Assembly: GCF_008831285.2 (NCBI RefSeq)
Contig: NC_045138.2
Location: 3,224,001-3,288,000 of the forward strand
DNA length: 64,000 nucleotides
Direction of reading: 5' to 3'
DNA from: Nymphaea colorata
Taxonomy: Eukaryota
The notes below the pieces were generated by a model. The model saw nothing but the letters and a program-made list of their open reading frames with translations. It was not told the DNA's origin and did no database searches. A program made the position numbers and the translations under genes. Shown here piece by piece: positions 24,791 through 38,742 of this stretch (positions are counted from its first letter, which is position 1; each line of letters starts with the position of its first letter).

Positions 24791-25878
24791 TATAAAAGCT
24801 GTACCGGTACCCGTTTCCCGTACTGGGTACTTATATACTTAATTGCCAATAATGGTTGTAAAACTCGTATCACTTCGTACAGTTATCATGGTAATGGCAA
24901 TATAATACGTCTTTATCAAATGGGTTAGATGCTCATGTAAATCGCAATCGCAATAGAAACAGGCACATTTAGAGGCATCCTACATGTCAAAATTTAAAAA
25001 CTTTAATTCGTCATTTCCTCATAAAAAATTTCAGATTCCACTTTAAACTCTTATTTGATGGTTTTATATATAGTCGCGGTCCTCAACCACCCACCAGATG
25101 TAAATGCAGCCCAAAACATCACAAGTAGGAAGAATGGCGTCCTCGGAGCCTCATCTGGGTGGTAGATAACTTCTCAGTCACCTGAAATGACCAAAATCTT
25201 ATATAAAATTTAGATTAATGGATTCATAATATCAATATTTTGCTCCTTTCTAATCCATCAATAACTAACTTCATCTGGCTCATGAGGTGGCCCCAAGATG
25301 TGGCACATTCACCTTAAAATTTGGCTTCATAAGGGGCAGAGGCACATGGGATCCTACCGCTTCTTCGTTTTTAGGCTGTGTAAGTATGGTAATGGATTCG
25401 TGGCCGCTGGTTAAAGGAGCATGCACATGGTCCCCCGTCTCCATTGCCTGTCAACTTTCTTCTTGAAGTGCACAAAAGATAGTTGCAGAGATGCCTTCAG
25501 CCTATCGTTCCTCAAAAATGGTAGACCCCATTCCTTCCCTCCACCAATCGGTCCGTCGGGATCGACGGCTGTCCCCCTCTGCCCTCTGAGAGAATGGCGG
25601 ATTCTCTTAAAAAATGTGAAGGGGCGACCCCACGCCCTCGAACTGTTTGTTAAAACGTCGCTTCCGAATCGAGACAAGTAGACAGGGACAGCTCATGATG
25701 TTTCGCCAATCATTTGATGCAAAGCGCAACGTGGCTCGGCCTTGCTCGTACACATAAAAGCATCGCAAGCGACGGCCGAAATAGAATAGTGGGAAAAGGC
25801 CACAACTCCTTTCCCCATTCATTTGTTTATTTTCCTTGTTGAATAATTTAGTGCGGCATTCGCTATAAGGGCTCAGCG

Positions 25879-26976
25879 ATGGTTCCCTGCGGTTTCCCAA
25901 GCACGAACATGAGTCCTTCAGCACTTCTCCGAAGCCTTTCCTCTCGCATCGCCGGGAAGTTCTCCTCACCGGTGGCTCCTTGGCCGGTGCAGAGCGAGTT
26001 CGGACGCTGGCTCAGCGACGAGCTCGATTCCCTGCTGCAGCATCCTCGCGGCCAGTTTCTCGGCACCGCATGGCTCCTCGATGCCATGGACGTGAACCTG
26101 GCTGCCCAGAAGAAGTCCCACGAGCTGCTTGCGCGGTTCAAAGATGGTGATGCAACGAAAACGGACTCGTCCTTCTCTTCCGGGTCTTTGGAAGCCATTA
26201 GAAGCCACCTGCAGGACACCATCGCCATGCTCGACGTCTGTAACGACCTCCGCGAGCGGCTCGGCGTGGTCAGCGAGTACGCCCACTCGCTGCGCATAGC
26301 GCTGCACTGGTTGGAGGGCGCGTCGGGCCCAAGCCCCGCGGCGCTAGCGCGGGCCAGCGCCGAGCTCGAGCGGTGCCTGACGATAGAGCGGCGGTGCTCG
26401 GAGCTGAGCTCGTGCTGCTCTACGCTGAGAAGGCTGGGCGAGAAGCTGGTTCAGGACAGCACGCCCAGCGCGAGGGACTCGAAGGCCGGCTTTCCGGCGG
26501 GGACGCGCGAGCCGGAGCTGCACGAGGCGTTGTGCGCGTCCAAGTCCATGGCTCTGCTGACGTGCGGGGCTCTCGCCATCGCTCTGTCGTTCAAGTCGAG
26601 GCGAGGGCTGCCGCACATGCCGGACGCACGCGCGAAGCCGTGGTGCGACGCGCTGCAGGAACTGCACAGGGGGATCAAGTCGGAGATCGAGGGGCGGAGA
26701 AAGAAGTCCGGCGCCGCCGTCATGAACGAGCTTGGGGAGGCCTCGGGGGCATGCCGGAGATTGCAGGAGGCGATTAGCCGGCAGCTGGACGGCCGTCCTC
26801 GGCCGCAGAAGGGGACGGGCGAGGAGGTGGAGATGAGGTCCGTGGTGGAGACATTGGAAGGGTTGTGTGAGGAGATGGAGATGGGGGTTGAGTTCTTCGC
26901 TCACAGAGTGGACGAGCTCTATCGCCTCATCATCTCTGTGAGAGTGTGTGCGCTTGACATCCTCCCATTAGCATGA
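25879..26976 (+). CDS. BPS1/ROH1-like (DUF793-family) plant protein, intronless, 365 aa
   Basis: Single GC-rich ORF in an AT-rich background. The motifs WLLDAMD...LQDTIAMLDVCN.LRE...W..AL.ELH..IK.EI...VMNEL...VDELYRLIISVR resemble DUF793 proteins. The start could be either of the first two ATGs. Confidence 0.75.
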   Translation: MVPCGFPSTNMSPSALLRSLSSRIAGKFSSPVAPWPVQSEFGRWLSDELDSLLQHPRGQFLGTAWLLDAMDVNLAAQKKSHELLARFKDGDATKTDSSFSSGSLEAIRSHLQDTIAMLDVCNDLRERLGVVSEYAHSLRIALHWLEGASGPSPAALARASAELERCLTIERRCSELSSCCSTLRRLGEKLVQDSTPSARDSKAGFPAGTREPELHEALCASKSMALLTCGALAIALSFKSRRGLPHMPDARAKPWCDALQELHRGIKSEIEGRRKKSGAAVMNELGEASGACRRLQEAISRQLDGRPRPQKGTGEEVEMRSVVETLEGLCEEMEMGVEFFAHRVDELYRLIISVRVCALDILPLA

Positions 26977-28117
26977 GACACTTTTTTTCTTTCTCTTCTT
27001 TTTGGAGAAGATGTAATACCCAAATTGGAAAATTGTACAAATATATCACAGTTTTGGTAATAGAAGCTACTAGTAGTAGTATCCCGAACCGAGCAAATGT
27101 TGTCCTTTTAACGATATTTTTTTCATACATGGTCAGTTCTAATTTAAAAGTAACTAGTTTTTAAGACGTTACTTTGAGACCACTCTCAAAATGAGATACT
27201 TAGTCACTCACCTAAAGGTGTTTAATTAGCAACCTAAAACCAAGTTTTATGTTTTGCCTCCCCAAATTATCAATTTTAGAATGTTTGCATGATGTTTTGC
27301 CAAAAAAACCTAGTTTTAGTAAAACCTAGTTTTCATAAAGGGCTTGAAAAAACCTGCATTACCTGAGGTTTTTTCAAGAAAAACTGATTTTTGCTTCTAA
27401 ACCAAGTTTTTCACTTGTCATAAACATCCAAACAAAGCTTATAAAATTGGATTTTTAACTAAGTTTTCACAAAACTTGTTTTTACAAAACAAAGTTTTTT
27501 GAGGTGTCATCCAATCACTTCCTAAGATTATTTAACGGGTAAAAATTGAACCACTAGGCTAAACCTGGGAACAGCAAGAAAACAAAAAGATTTGTTGAGA
27601 AAAAAAAAACTTTGAGAATTCCACCAAAGGTTAATTTTGTCTGTGTTGTTTAGATGCTCTACCTTCTCACACATGTGGTTTTGGGAGGGGTGTTGAGGCC
27701 GTTGCCTTCCCACCAATGTTCTACTTATTATTTCTTTTTCTCATTTTATAGAAAAAAAAAACCTCATTTGTATGAACGGCCAGATGCTTAGATGTCAGAC
27801 GAATAAGGAACAATCTTAGTCCTTGACTTCTTTCATACCAGTAGTTTGAAGGAAAAAATAAGTTTTTTTTATAATTTCTAAACTATCTATAAATCAAACC
27901 TTTCCAAAAATCTCTAATGCTCCCCTATCGAGCATCACTTGTTTCTTTTTCTTATTAAAAAAAGAAAACTTAACGATGAGAAAAGTGTGGGGGCTTCAGT
28001 CCTCTTGTTAGGCACTAGAATGAAATGTTCTTCCTACTCACCCAACGAAAGTTATGCAATCGATAACAAGTTAATGATAAAAATATAAACATGGCAAAGG
28101 TTCCACACACTAGCAAG

Positions 28118-28244
28118 TAGGGGCAAAGGGAGCGTCATGGCTTCGGTGAGCGGAGGAATTTTTTTTTATATTAAAAAAATCAAATTTTTGAATTTGGCTT
28201 GACCCGCAAACCGATCTTGAAAAAAAGTCATGTCTCCGCCTCTA
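28118..28244. mobile_element. Degenerate hAT-type MITE
   Basis: Ends TAGGGGCAAAG and CTCCGCCTCTA; flanks CTAGCAAG / TTAACAAG (6/8). Confidence 0.55.
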
Positions 28245-29261
28245 TTAACAAGTTAATTTTCCTGCGCATTAATATAGTTCTATTTTGGCCTGTACGGCTT
28301 ATGGGGTCGACAATTAAAAATTAAGGTTATGTAAAAAAGTCTGGCTAACGGCAGTTTTGTCCGTAACTCCAAAAGCAGAGGTGATTCTACAAGTGAATCG
28401 ACCATCCCATTCCAGTCCGGCGTTTGATTCGATTGCACGCCTTTGCCGATCCACCAAACTCAAAAGGTTTCGCGAAGTAAAAAGTTCACGGGGTCTGTCA
28501 GACAACCTCAAGACCATCTACGGCCCGACCGAGTCGGCCGCAGAACGATCCTCCGCTTTACCTAAGCTTTCACGCTCAGGTCAAGAGGTTACGGTTCCTC
28601 CTCCAGACTTTGATCTCTGTCTCCTTAGAGCTTAAGGATACAGTTGTACAACCTATAGAACAGATCCTGTTCAAGTAAGGTCGTGATTTACATGTGTTGC
28701 ACCTTAAAATATAAATCCTTTCTAAATATAAAATAAATCCGATACAGGACTAAACTCTTGTTGAATATCTTAATGACCAAAATACCCTCCTTTCCCTTTA
28801 TATTTGTCGCTTAAGGAGGGAAATTTGATGGGGGCTGCTGAGGAAATGTTGTCGAACTGCAACGCGGCTCGCTTGGACATGTGGCTTTGATTATGTGTTC
28901 ATGCACCAAAGTTTGAAATCACACAAGTAAAAGGTACATGTTTTTTAACATGAAGATCTCAAATCTTTGTTGATCTTTAGCTTAATGTTCATGTCTGATG
29001 TGACGACAAATCCACACTAAAATCCAGATTCATATAGCTTAATGTTCATGTTTGAGATCTTCGTTTGCTTTTTAGACTGGCAAAAGTTAAATTAAAATTA
29101 AATGAGAGAAAATTTGTGGACCTCACATCCTGAAATCTAGGATTAATTAAGAGCAAAGGTTATCAAAGGCTCCGAAAGACACTGAGTGTGAACGTAGACT
29201 GATCTTAATTTTTCAACGATGTACTGAAAGAAATTCTTCCATCACTAGAGCTGTCCGTGCG

Positions 29262-29431
29262 CAGGGGCAGAGGCAAAATAGAGCCTGCATGGGCCAACTC
29301 CAAACTTTTTTTTTTTAAATGTATATCTAAATTTTAGAAAATTTTATTTGTTTTTTATAAACTTTTTAAAAAATGATATTTCAATTCTAGTCAAAATAGC
29401 TTTGCCTGAAAATTTTTTAGCTCTGCCCCTG
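29262..29431. mobile_element. hAT-type MITE (170 bp)
   Basis: TIRs CAGGGGCAGAG and CTCTGCCCCTG (perfect 11 bp); flanks TCCGTGCG / TCCGAACG (6/8). Confidence 0.75.
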
Positions 29432-30858
29432 TCCGAACGAGTCACAATTCGACTTAGCTCAATATTTTGTTCTTCCAAGATATCAAGCTGATCAACGGAG
29501 CCAAACTTTTTTCCTTTTACTTTTTTTTTTTTTACTGTTACCATATTTAATGAGAGAGATTTTTGCTGTTACCCCATGGGAGCTTAATTGAGTCTTGGAG
29601 ACGTCGTGTTTCCGTCAGTCAAAATTATTGATCGAATGCAAGTTCCTTTATTCTCATTGAAATTCTTTTTTTTAATTCAGTTTTTTGGTCGCCTTCATAT
29701 TTCCAACATTTACCGTTGTTTTTTATTCTTTTTTGGTCAGAACGATGATTCCTTTAATTACGGTGCTTATATTGCATACTTATCACTAATATGGCACAAG
29801 CAGCCGTCTTATTAAGCAAATGGTACGACTCTTACCGACATTAATAATATTGGTGATTTGGTTCCATCGATCGTCTCGAATCCGAATAAGGTACCATGTG
29901 AACAGAAGCTCTTTCTATTTCACTTTATCATTTTAACTAGTCGTTTTCTTCATTAGTTTTTCATTTATTGTAGATTTTTTTTTTTAAAAAAAAACCTCCA
30001 AGATATTTCCTTTTAAAAGAAAATCTTTACTAAAAGTACCTTAGAAAAAACCTACCTATAAAAAACCAAAAATGATATTGGTGGCTGTAGTTAGTGAATT
30101 GGCCAGTGAGGAAGAACAGCAGGTCCAAGAAGAAGCCCATGAAGTGCTAGTAGAGTCGTAGGCAGTAATGGTAACACAATTTCCAAAATGAACCTTATTT
30201 TTCGTCCCAGTCCTAAGCCATAGTATAGGCTTTAACTTTCTCACTTTTTTCATGTGAGGAAAATTTCAAGCAGCTTAAAATGTTACATGTCAAACACGGT
30301 TTTTAAAAACCCTAAGGATTTCAAATTCAACACTATCAAACAACCCTAGATGGTAACTTGCTAGATTGAGTAACTTAAATATGTCAAAGCAGCTCTGAAC
30401 CCGAAGAGCAAGGGAAAGGGTAGAGAGATTTTCTCCTCAGCCTTCAACCCACATTCCTAGCGACTTAAAGTAATTATCCACCAAAAAAAAAAAAACATAA
30501 AACTTCAAAACAAATAAAAGCTCTTACCTAATACAGACCTTTAAATAAAAGCTATAATTAAGTGATAAGAAGGTAACACTAAAAAATTTTGCACCAACCA
30601 TAAAAGTGTGGCCTTTGTTAAAAATAATAATAAAGGTAGAAGCAAAAGAAAAGCCTAAACATGAAAATTTCCTTATTTATGTGTTCGTAATATGTAAATT
30701 TATGTTAACGAATATGCAAAACCTCTAATAGTTGGACAGCAGTCATAAGTGCTACATAAATCTGTTTCAAAAATTAGAGAAGATGTGTAGAAATAGTTCT
30801 CAAACAATCCCTTAACCTTCAAATAACTATAACATGGTATTTGTGTTATGCTCGTAGC

Positions 30859-31273
30859 TAAGGATGTCAATATATCCGATTTGAATCAGATATCTAACCG
30901 ATCCGATCCGAAAAAATCGGATATGGATAAAAATTTAATATCCGATTAAGAAATCGAATCGGATTCGGATTTAATAAATGACATCCGATCGGATTCGGAT
31001 ATACATGAATATCGGATTGGATTCAGATTCGGATCGGATTCATTTTTAGACAAATATCCTCTATCTAATACTTGAAAAATGGCAAAATCTGGTTCAAAAT
31101 TTGGATTTGAATTCAGATATAAATATAAAAATCAGATTCGGATTGTAAAATCGGATTTCGAATTCGGATATGACTTTGCTTTATTCGAATTCGATTCTCA
31201 ATCCGAATATATGAATATCCGCAAAAGCGAATATGGTTAAAGATGTATTCAATCCGATCCGTTGACATCCCTA
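30859..31273. mobile_element. hAT-type MITE with ATCCGA/TCGGAT subterminal repeats (415 bp)
   Basis: TIRs TAAGGATGTCAA and TTGACATCCCTA; TSD CTCGTAGC / CCCGTAGC (7/8). Related degenerate or truncated copies lie near 32000-33177, 60930-61290 and 62533-62742. Confidence 0.85.
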
Positions 31274-34200
31274 CCCGTAGCTCTTAAGGAAAGCAACTTT
31301 TTGTGGATATTTTAGGGCAGACTTTGAATTCTAAATTTCCTGTTGGAAGTTATTGAGTTAAAAAAAGTCATCAAAAGGGCTTCAATGCATGACGAAGGAA
31401 TCCGCAAGATGAAGTAGAGCAAAGCAAAAGTAGGTAATTTGGGACAGAAATACAAAAGAACTACCCCCAAGAAAAGTCAGATGACGTTCCAGGCCTGCAA
31501 AATAATTTGTTAAAAAAGAATTTTGTCAAGTTTTTGGTTGAGAAAACTGAAAAAAAAGGGACTTCAAACCGTTTCCCAACAATAAACTGAACAAAGAAAG
31601 TTAAAACATGAAAAGAAGAAATCCAAATAATTTCACATAAATCCATAGTTCGATAAGTTAATCGCCTTAACTATAAGAAAAGACTTCAAATAGGAAAAAG
31701 AGCGAAAGTAGAACCAAGATCAAACGTGAACATGTTCCTCAAGACCGAAAAGAGCGTTCTGCAACGCTCTGGAGCTGTACATTGATCAATACCTGGAAAG
31801 CTCTGCTGTGAAACCCACACTTTCGTTTCCCTTCTTCAATGTGCTCGACCGGCCCACTATCAATCCCTAGGGGAGCCATTCTAGCCAACCCATCGTACGC
31901 ACCTCTCCGCATCTTTTACATCTTTCCCTTACCTAGGGTTTAAATCGTTTAGCCTATCCTCCAGAGAGCTTTTTGTTGGAATTGTTCTGAATTTCCAGTT
32001 ATGGATGTCAATGGATCAGACTCCACTCAATTAGATATCCATTTAGAGATGTTCAAATTCGCATGCACATTTGAAATATGCATGAATAAAAGTTTACACC
32101 ATACTTGGATCCAAATTCAAATTCATAATCTGAATCCAATCCTATTTTAAACTTACAGCCTAATCCAACTTTTAGATTGGACGAATGGTAAATATAGGAT
32201 ATTCATTTCAAATTAAATCCAAATATGAATTCAAATTAACCAAATATACAATTCAACCAAAATCCAAACCCGACACCAAACCAAGTTCTTAGTGCCTAAG
32301 ATAAAACTCCATAATAGCATTTTTAGAGAGTTTGTATGACAACAAAACCAGTTTTTTCAAAAATGAAAATTCCAATACAGATTTGAATATGAACGGAAAA
32401 AAATTCACACCGTATTTGAATCCAAATTCAAATTCATAATCTGAATCCAATAATACTTTAAATTTACAGCCTAAATCAGCTTTTAAATAGGATACGCACG
32501 TCACTACAACGTCTTTGAAACCAATTTTTAAATTGTAGGATATTCATTTGAAACTAAATCCAAATCTGAATCAAGTTGGATTGAATATTTGTTTCAAACA
32601 AAATCCAAACCTGATCCCAACCCAAGGTCTTGATTAGAGGTTAAGATAATGTTTTGGATAAAACTCCATAATAGTATTTTTATGGTGTTTGCATGACTAA
32701 CAACAACAGTTTACTCAAAAATGAGTTTTCAGAAAGTCTGGTTTACCAAAAAAAATGAATAACCTGATAAACTTACCAGAGAAAAAAAGTTTTTAGTGGA
32801 CTAAATCAAGTTTTCAAAAAGGATTAAAAAGCCATCTTCCCACAAACTGGCTTTTTAAGAACACTTGTTTTGCAAAATAAGAATTGAGATCTTCTAATTG
32901 GCTTATGTGTTGTGTTGAATCACACACCCTAAACCCATTTTTTTAATAACGTAGGGAAATTAGGTTTATGTGTTGTGTTCCAAAACTCATTTTCGAGAAA
33001 ACCAGATTTTCACATCACCGAACCCTCTGAAAAAGTCGGCATTTAAAAAGTACCATTTGGCTCCAAAACGTTTGGAATGTCATGCAAACTCTGCTAAAAG
33101 TTTTGTCCCCTAACCAATTTTGAGTCACTTCAATTGCATATCCAATCCGGACCAAACCGGAGTTATTGATATCCCTCCTGTCAATTCCAGTTCAGTGGAT
33201 ATTTGTTCCCTCATGTGTTCAATTATAGCTCCTTTATAGTCATATTGTTTTGATGAAATGCCTCAGATGCGTTAACCACAAACCTTCTAAGGAGATACCA
33301 TTGACTGCCACTCCTCAAAACATTATTGCTAAGACCCTGTCGTACCCTTCGCCTGCTTGTCTTGGCATTCAATGTCCAGAGTTCAGGTTGCGCCATCACT
33401 GTATACCCTCTTCAGAAATGCTTGCACAACCATTTCACCGTTGGCTGCAAACTTTGTATTCATAATACACAGGGTTGTAGATTGGAGTCGATTTTGAATG
33501 AGATGCCTGCTTGATTTCCAGGTTTAAATTTACTCACAGTGATCAAATTCTGAACATGACCTACGACCCCCACAATCAATGGACAGAGTAAACAAATACG
33601 CATTCATGCAAGTTATCAAACGCCAGACAAGACAGACAGCTCATATTTTCCCTGTTCATAAAACAACAGAAAATTAATGGCCGTTTACCGCAACAGCAAA
33701 CATGCGTACCGGCATTCCTAATTCCCACGTTCCCAGGAACTAACGTCAAACGACTTCACCGGTCCCACCGAAACATGTGCCCACTCAGTAACAACCAACC
33801 GAGCTAAAGGTGCCGATATGGCACTTGGAGGTATTCGACATTGAATCAACTCGGAACGTAGAGGCCCTGTGAACTCGACTAAGAGAGTCCACCTGCAACC
33901 TCGAAGCCCCTAGATGTAGCTAGCAGAAATACGTCACACAATTCCGCAACTAGAGTGATGACGAGTAAACTCAAAAGAACCCCAGCCCTCACCCTTCAGG
34001 GCGTCTATACTAGGGATCATCAAAGAAGAGCACGACAAACAACGCAGATTTAAGTAACCGACTAGACCAGGTCCTTGGCAGACAATCGACAAACTTGAAA
34101 CGACTAGACCAGGAAAAACAGAGAGAACGCGAGACACTTCATTTTCCTCCAGACCATTGCCTCCTCCAAAAACTTCCAAGTTCTTTCCTCCAGATCATCC

Positions 34201-34559
34201 CAACTTGGATGCCCTCCGCTAACAACTCTCTCTTATATCATCTCCTTTCACTTTTCTTTAGCACTTTGCTACTAAAATATTCTACTTCTGAATTATGTTA
34301 TCTTACGTGTTTTCATTATTTTCTTATTGCTTCTACTTCTGAATTACGCTAAACAAACTACATGTCTTCATTATTTTGTTATTGTATCCTCAAGACCACA
34401 TTATTATTATTACTACAGAAAATCATATAGCAATTATTATTGTCAAATTAAAAGACAAAATCTCTTACTACTAAACAAACAAATCCCTCATTCTTCAGTG
34501 AATAACCACAAGTGGCTGCCATTGTCATAGTACGTAAAATTTAAGGCAAACATGAAAGA

Positions 34560-35580
34560 AATATTAATCTCCAAGACATGCAAACCCAACTGCATCAGTG
34601 GGAGGAGAACAGGATTCTCACAAACAAGAATCCTGAAAAAACTTGACCAGGAGATGGAAGAAGAAAGAAAAGAACAGCCATAGAGAGCAGCTGAAACACT
34701 GATCCATAGCTATCTTATAAACATTACCATCCCACAGTATAGGACGGGCACCAAAGGTCGAGACCATTATTAGTCCTCAAAAGCCACAACTGGACTTTGG
34801 TATTAGGAACAGCATGTAAGTGTTCCATGAATATATTTCAAAATTGAGATAGTTTCACGCGAGACTTGTTCAAATGTTCGATGAATCTATCCCAAGTTTG
34901 TAGCAGATTCATGTAACACTTACACCTTGTTCATAATGCCAAATGGCCTTTAAAAGTCCTCTACAATCCAAGAGCCCCTTCCAAACAATCAAATCAAACT
35001 TATAAAAGACTTTAGATGTACATACTAACACTCTTATAACCAGACCTCTCTCATGCCACCCACTACCAGCAAAATCATCAGCTCAAGTCCAGACCACTAA
35101 CAGCTTTCTTCAATCCATCTATGAGCTTAATGGGAAACATGTCATCAACCAGTTGGGGTCTGCAACCCCACTGACAATTCAATAAAAATTGTTTCTCGTT
35201 GCCCATTGGAAACAGGTGCTTATACTCAATAGGTCTATTGACGTTCGACAATGTCTTCCAATGGTTGATATCCCTAGCCTCTCCAAAGCATTACACTCCC
35301 GATGGAGTTTAATAATGCAACTTTGTCCACTCAAGTTACAATAGTGGGCAACAAAATACTGTGTCATGGACTCAAAATCCCCCCTCTGCGCCAAGGATAG
35401 GTCTCAAACAAATCAATTTTTACCATAACTCAAACTACCAGAAATCAAACGGAGTTTCCCAAGATTTGTCAAGAATACAGCTCCATAAATTTGAAAATCA
35501 TGCTTTTGCTAATCAATACATGAAATCATATTTCTATCTGAATTCAAGGCGCCCAAACAGAAACTCAAAACCCAGATCTT
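34560..35580 (-). mobile_element. Probable decayed LINE (L1-like) ORF2 3' fragment
   Basis: Minus-strand peptide remnants such as YPWRRG and LKAIWH, among many stops, resemble the region downstream of L1 reverse transcriptase. Recognised by eye only. Confidence 0.35.
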
Positions 35581-36071
35581 AGATGTCCAATATGAACATC
35601 ATCACGTACACAGCTGAGATTAGCTCAATATGGTGGCAAAATGCATCCATGATACGAAACGATAGAATACTATGAAGTTAAAAACTAAAAGCATGAATGC
35701 AAAAAGAATGAAGTCAGAATAGTTCAAAAGAAAAAAAGATTAAAAAAAGAAAGGAAATGCTTTCCTTTTTCTTCCGCCCTCAAGGTGTCTGTTTACCACA
35801 CATCTACTCAATTACCAGAGAAAATGTGCTACAAATACATTTTACATACAAAACTCGAACCTGAACATAGAATCAGCATACAATTGAGTAGAAACGTTCT
35901 CTAGACTTGGAAGATTAAAGTGATTATCAATACCATTGAAGCTTACTTGCAAAGCTGAGAGCAGAACCTAATGCTACCATAAGCCCATTAACACTCCAAG
36001 GTCAAACTGATCCCTAAGTTGAAAAGGCGAGTTCTGTACAAGGGTGGAGAGATTCCAATCCCTTTCCAGGA

Positions 36072-38742
36072 TCAGTAAGAAGGAAAAGATGTAGGATGCC
36101 TGGAAATGTACTCACTTCCACTGCGATTTACATGAGCACCTAACCCTTTTGACAAGGGTGTGTGCAAATTGTCATTACCATTATAACCGTATGACGAGAT
36201 ACCAGTTCTATAACCATTACTGACAACTTCAGGGCTAGATGCTGTAAAAATTAAATAAAGAAACATGAATTAAGGAATACCGTCCAAGATGTGTCAAAGT
36301 GCTAAAACAAGAAAAATATGAGAAAATGTAACACTCAAATCACCTGGTGGAAAATTATATTGTGGGTATGCAGAAAACCTGCACGGCGTCATCACCTGGG
36401 TAGACTGTTGCTGAATATTCACATTTTGTGATGGAGTAGAAAGATGAGGCAAATCTGAGGTTTTATTGACTGTAGTGGCCAAGTTATTAGCAGGCCTTTT
36501 ATCCTGACCAGATATCTGTTCATTGTTGGAAAAATTAGAACTATGTTTTAAACTTAGTCGAAAAGATGATGATAGAGAACGAATTTCCCTTGTAAGAGTA
36601 GTTGACTCAGGATAACAAACTAATATGTAACATAGGTTGCAAGAACCAACCGCAAACCGTAGGGTCCTCTTATGAAGAGACACCAAGCCAGAGAAAAGCT
36701 TCACAGCATATTCAGCGATCTCCTCACTCTCATACTCTGTAAAGGCGAACCCCTTGGGGCGATTTGTTTCCTTATCTTTTGGGACATATAAATCTACAAT
36801 ACGTCCAGCTTGAATCATTATCTCATAAAGAACTCTTTCGCTCACCTTCTCATCCAGATTACCTATGAAGAGATATTTAAGCGAAAAAAATATCAGACAA
36901 GTATACATCAGTTTTCAGCTCTCTATGAAGTTATGCTATGAAGGATATTTCAACCCTTCCTGATTGCCAGGAGCACTAAAATTGACCTGGTAGCCTCTAT
37001 TTGCACGGCAAACTAAAAATGTAACATGATTTGCAACACCAATTTAAAAAACAAAATATTGTAATACAAACAAATTACAAGGCTTTCTAAAAGGCAACGA
37101 TGACAAAATGACGGCAAAACAGATCGCTTGGATGTAATCTGCAATGCCCAAGATACATCCAATAGATTACAGACATATAAATGAAATGGCTTAAAATCAG
37201 AAAGATATGTAAGGGAGCAATAAGGATAGAGAAAGAAAGAGAGAGAGAGAAAGTAATGAGTTTGTGAACCTTCTCATTAGATGCCAAAGACAATGCATGA
37301 CAATAAGCAATAGATTGAAAAATAAACACTGAAAGGAACACCAGACTGAAACAAAAATGATGAAGGGAGCATGTAAACAGCTATTTTCTATGAAGAAGCA
37401 CAACAAAAGAAGAACACACCTGACCGAAACAAGAAGCATGAAGAAAGCACCAAGCAAACCTCAGACAGACCTGGAAAGAGTCCTAACAGATAATAATGAC
37501 ATGTTTTTCAGGCCTAGTGCAAGGTAGACTGTAACTCATTCTCACCTGGAACAGAGTCGATCAGATTACATCGACGGAACAAGAGGTGTAGGATAGTGAC
37601 ATGGAAGACAAGTACGACAGGGACCCTGAAGAGTGAAGACGACCCTTAGAAGAAAACTAAGACAGAAACCATGAAGAGATCCATGGAAGCTCTGGCTTCA
37701 AGCAAGAAGCCCACAAATCAATAAATTACAAAGTCCTATACTGTGAAAGCAGACAAAAAGAAGCTTAATTCTCAGCCCTGATAAGAAGAAGAAAATCAAT
37801 GAATCAAGAAACACATGGGGATTCAGATGAGACGAAAGATAGCACGTCGGACTTAGATGCAAGACTAGATGAAGCCACCAGAAGCTGTTTGACAGAAACG
37901 ATGGTATCTATCTCAAATTTTGACTTAAGAAAACCAAGAGACTACAGGAGCCTCAAAAGATGATATATGCAGTTCTAGCATGAGTAAATCCATACAGCAG
38001 AAATGCAACAAAGCACTAAGACAAATCCAAGATTCAAAGATTCAGCAATTTTAAACTATACCTTCGCCTAATTCAGGATAAGCAAAAACGGTGCATAAAT
38101 GTTCACTTGCACAAATTCATAATACTAGATGTTAAAGAAATTTCAAGTTCCGTGAGAAGCTGATCCGAAAAAATATCTTCTAACTAATGGAGTTAACGAC
38201 ACACATAAAAGAAAGCAAAATCTCCGGTCAATCAGACCTCGATAATTCCAATTGGGAGATCGAAACACGCAAAATAACAAAACTAATAAAGATGTTAAAA
38301 TGGGAACGATGAATAAAAGATCTTGTTACACCGAAATAAACAGCAAAAATAGGGCTAATACAGCATATCATAATTACGATACACAATTTCAAGGGTTACA
38401 GAATGAAGAGACGCCATAATTGAACTAGAAATATAGACTGGACAATCACAAACAGCAGCATTAAAACATAGCAAACGCAAAATGAACCAAAACCACGAAA
38501 ACAGCAGCGATTTCGCAGTTCTACACACTAGATCCAACGGATACCTCAAAATACCACGAAAAATGACAATAACGAAATGTAAACTTCTTCGACCGCAGCG
38601 AAACCCTAATTTCATCCAATCCCAGCACCATATAATATAAAATCTATTGGATATACCGCGAAATCATAGAAAAAGAAAACGAAACCAAAGAAAACCCTAA
38701 CTAACCAATGAAAACGGTGCAAGCAGGATTCTTTCCAGCCAT
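36072..38742 (-). CDS. RBM7: RBM7-like single-RRM RNA-binding protein (NEXT complex subunit), 4 exons, ~196 aa
   Basis: Minus-strand exons 38742-38706, 36862-36651, 36515-36344, 36241-36072; all introns GT-AG with consistent phases; 591 nt. The protein MAGKNPACTVFIGNLDEKVSERVLYEIMIQAGRIVDLYVPKDKETNRPKGFAFTEYESEEIAEYAVKLFSGLVSLHKRTLRFAISGQDK has RNP2 and RNP1 and matches plant RBM7 as I recall it. Confidence 0.85.

Noticed and set aside
25863..26904. Long antisense and alternative-frame ORFs over the DUF793-like gene
   Set aside because: These are expected shadows of a GC-rich coding sequence.
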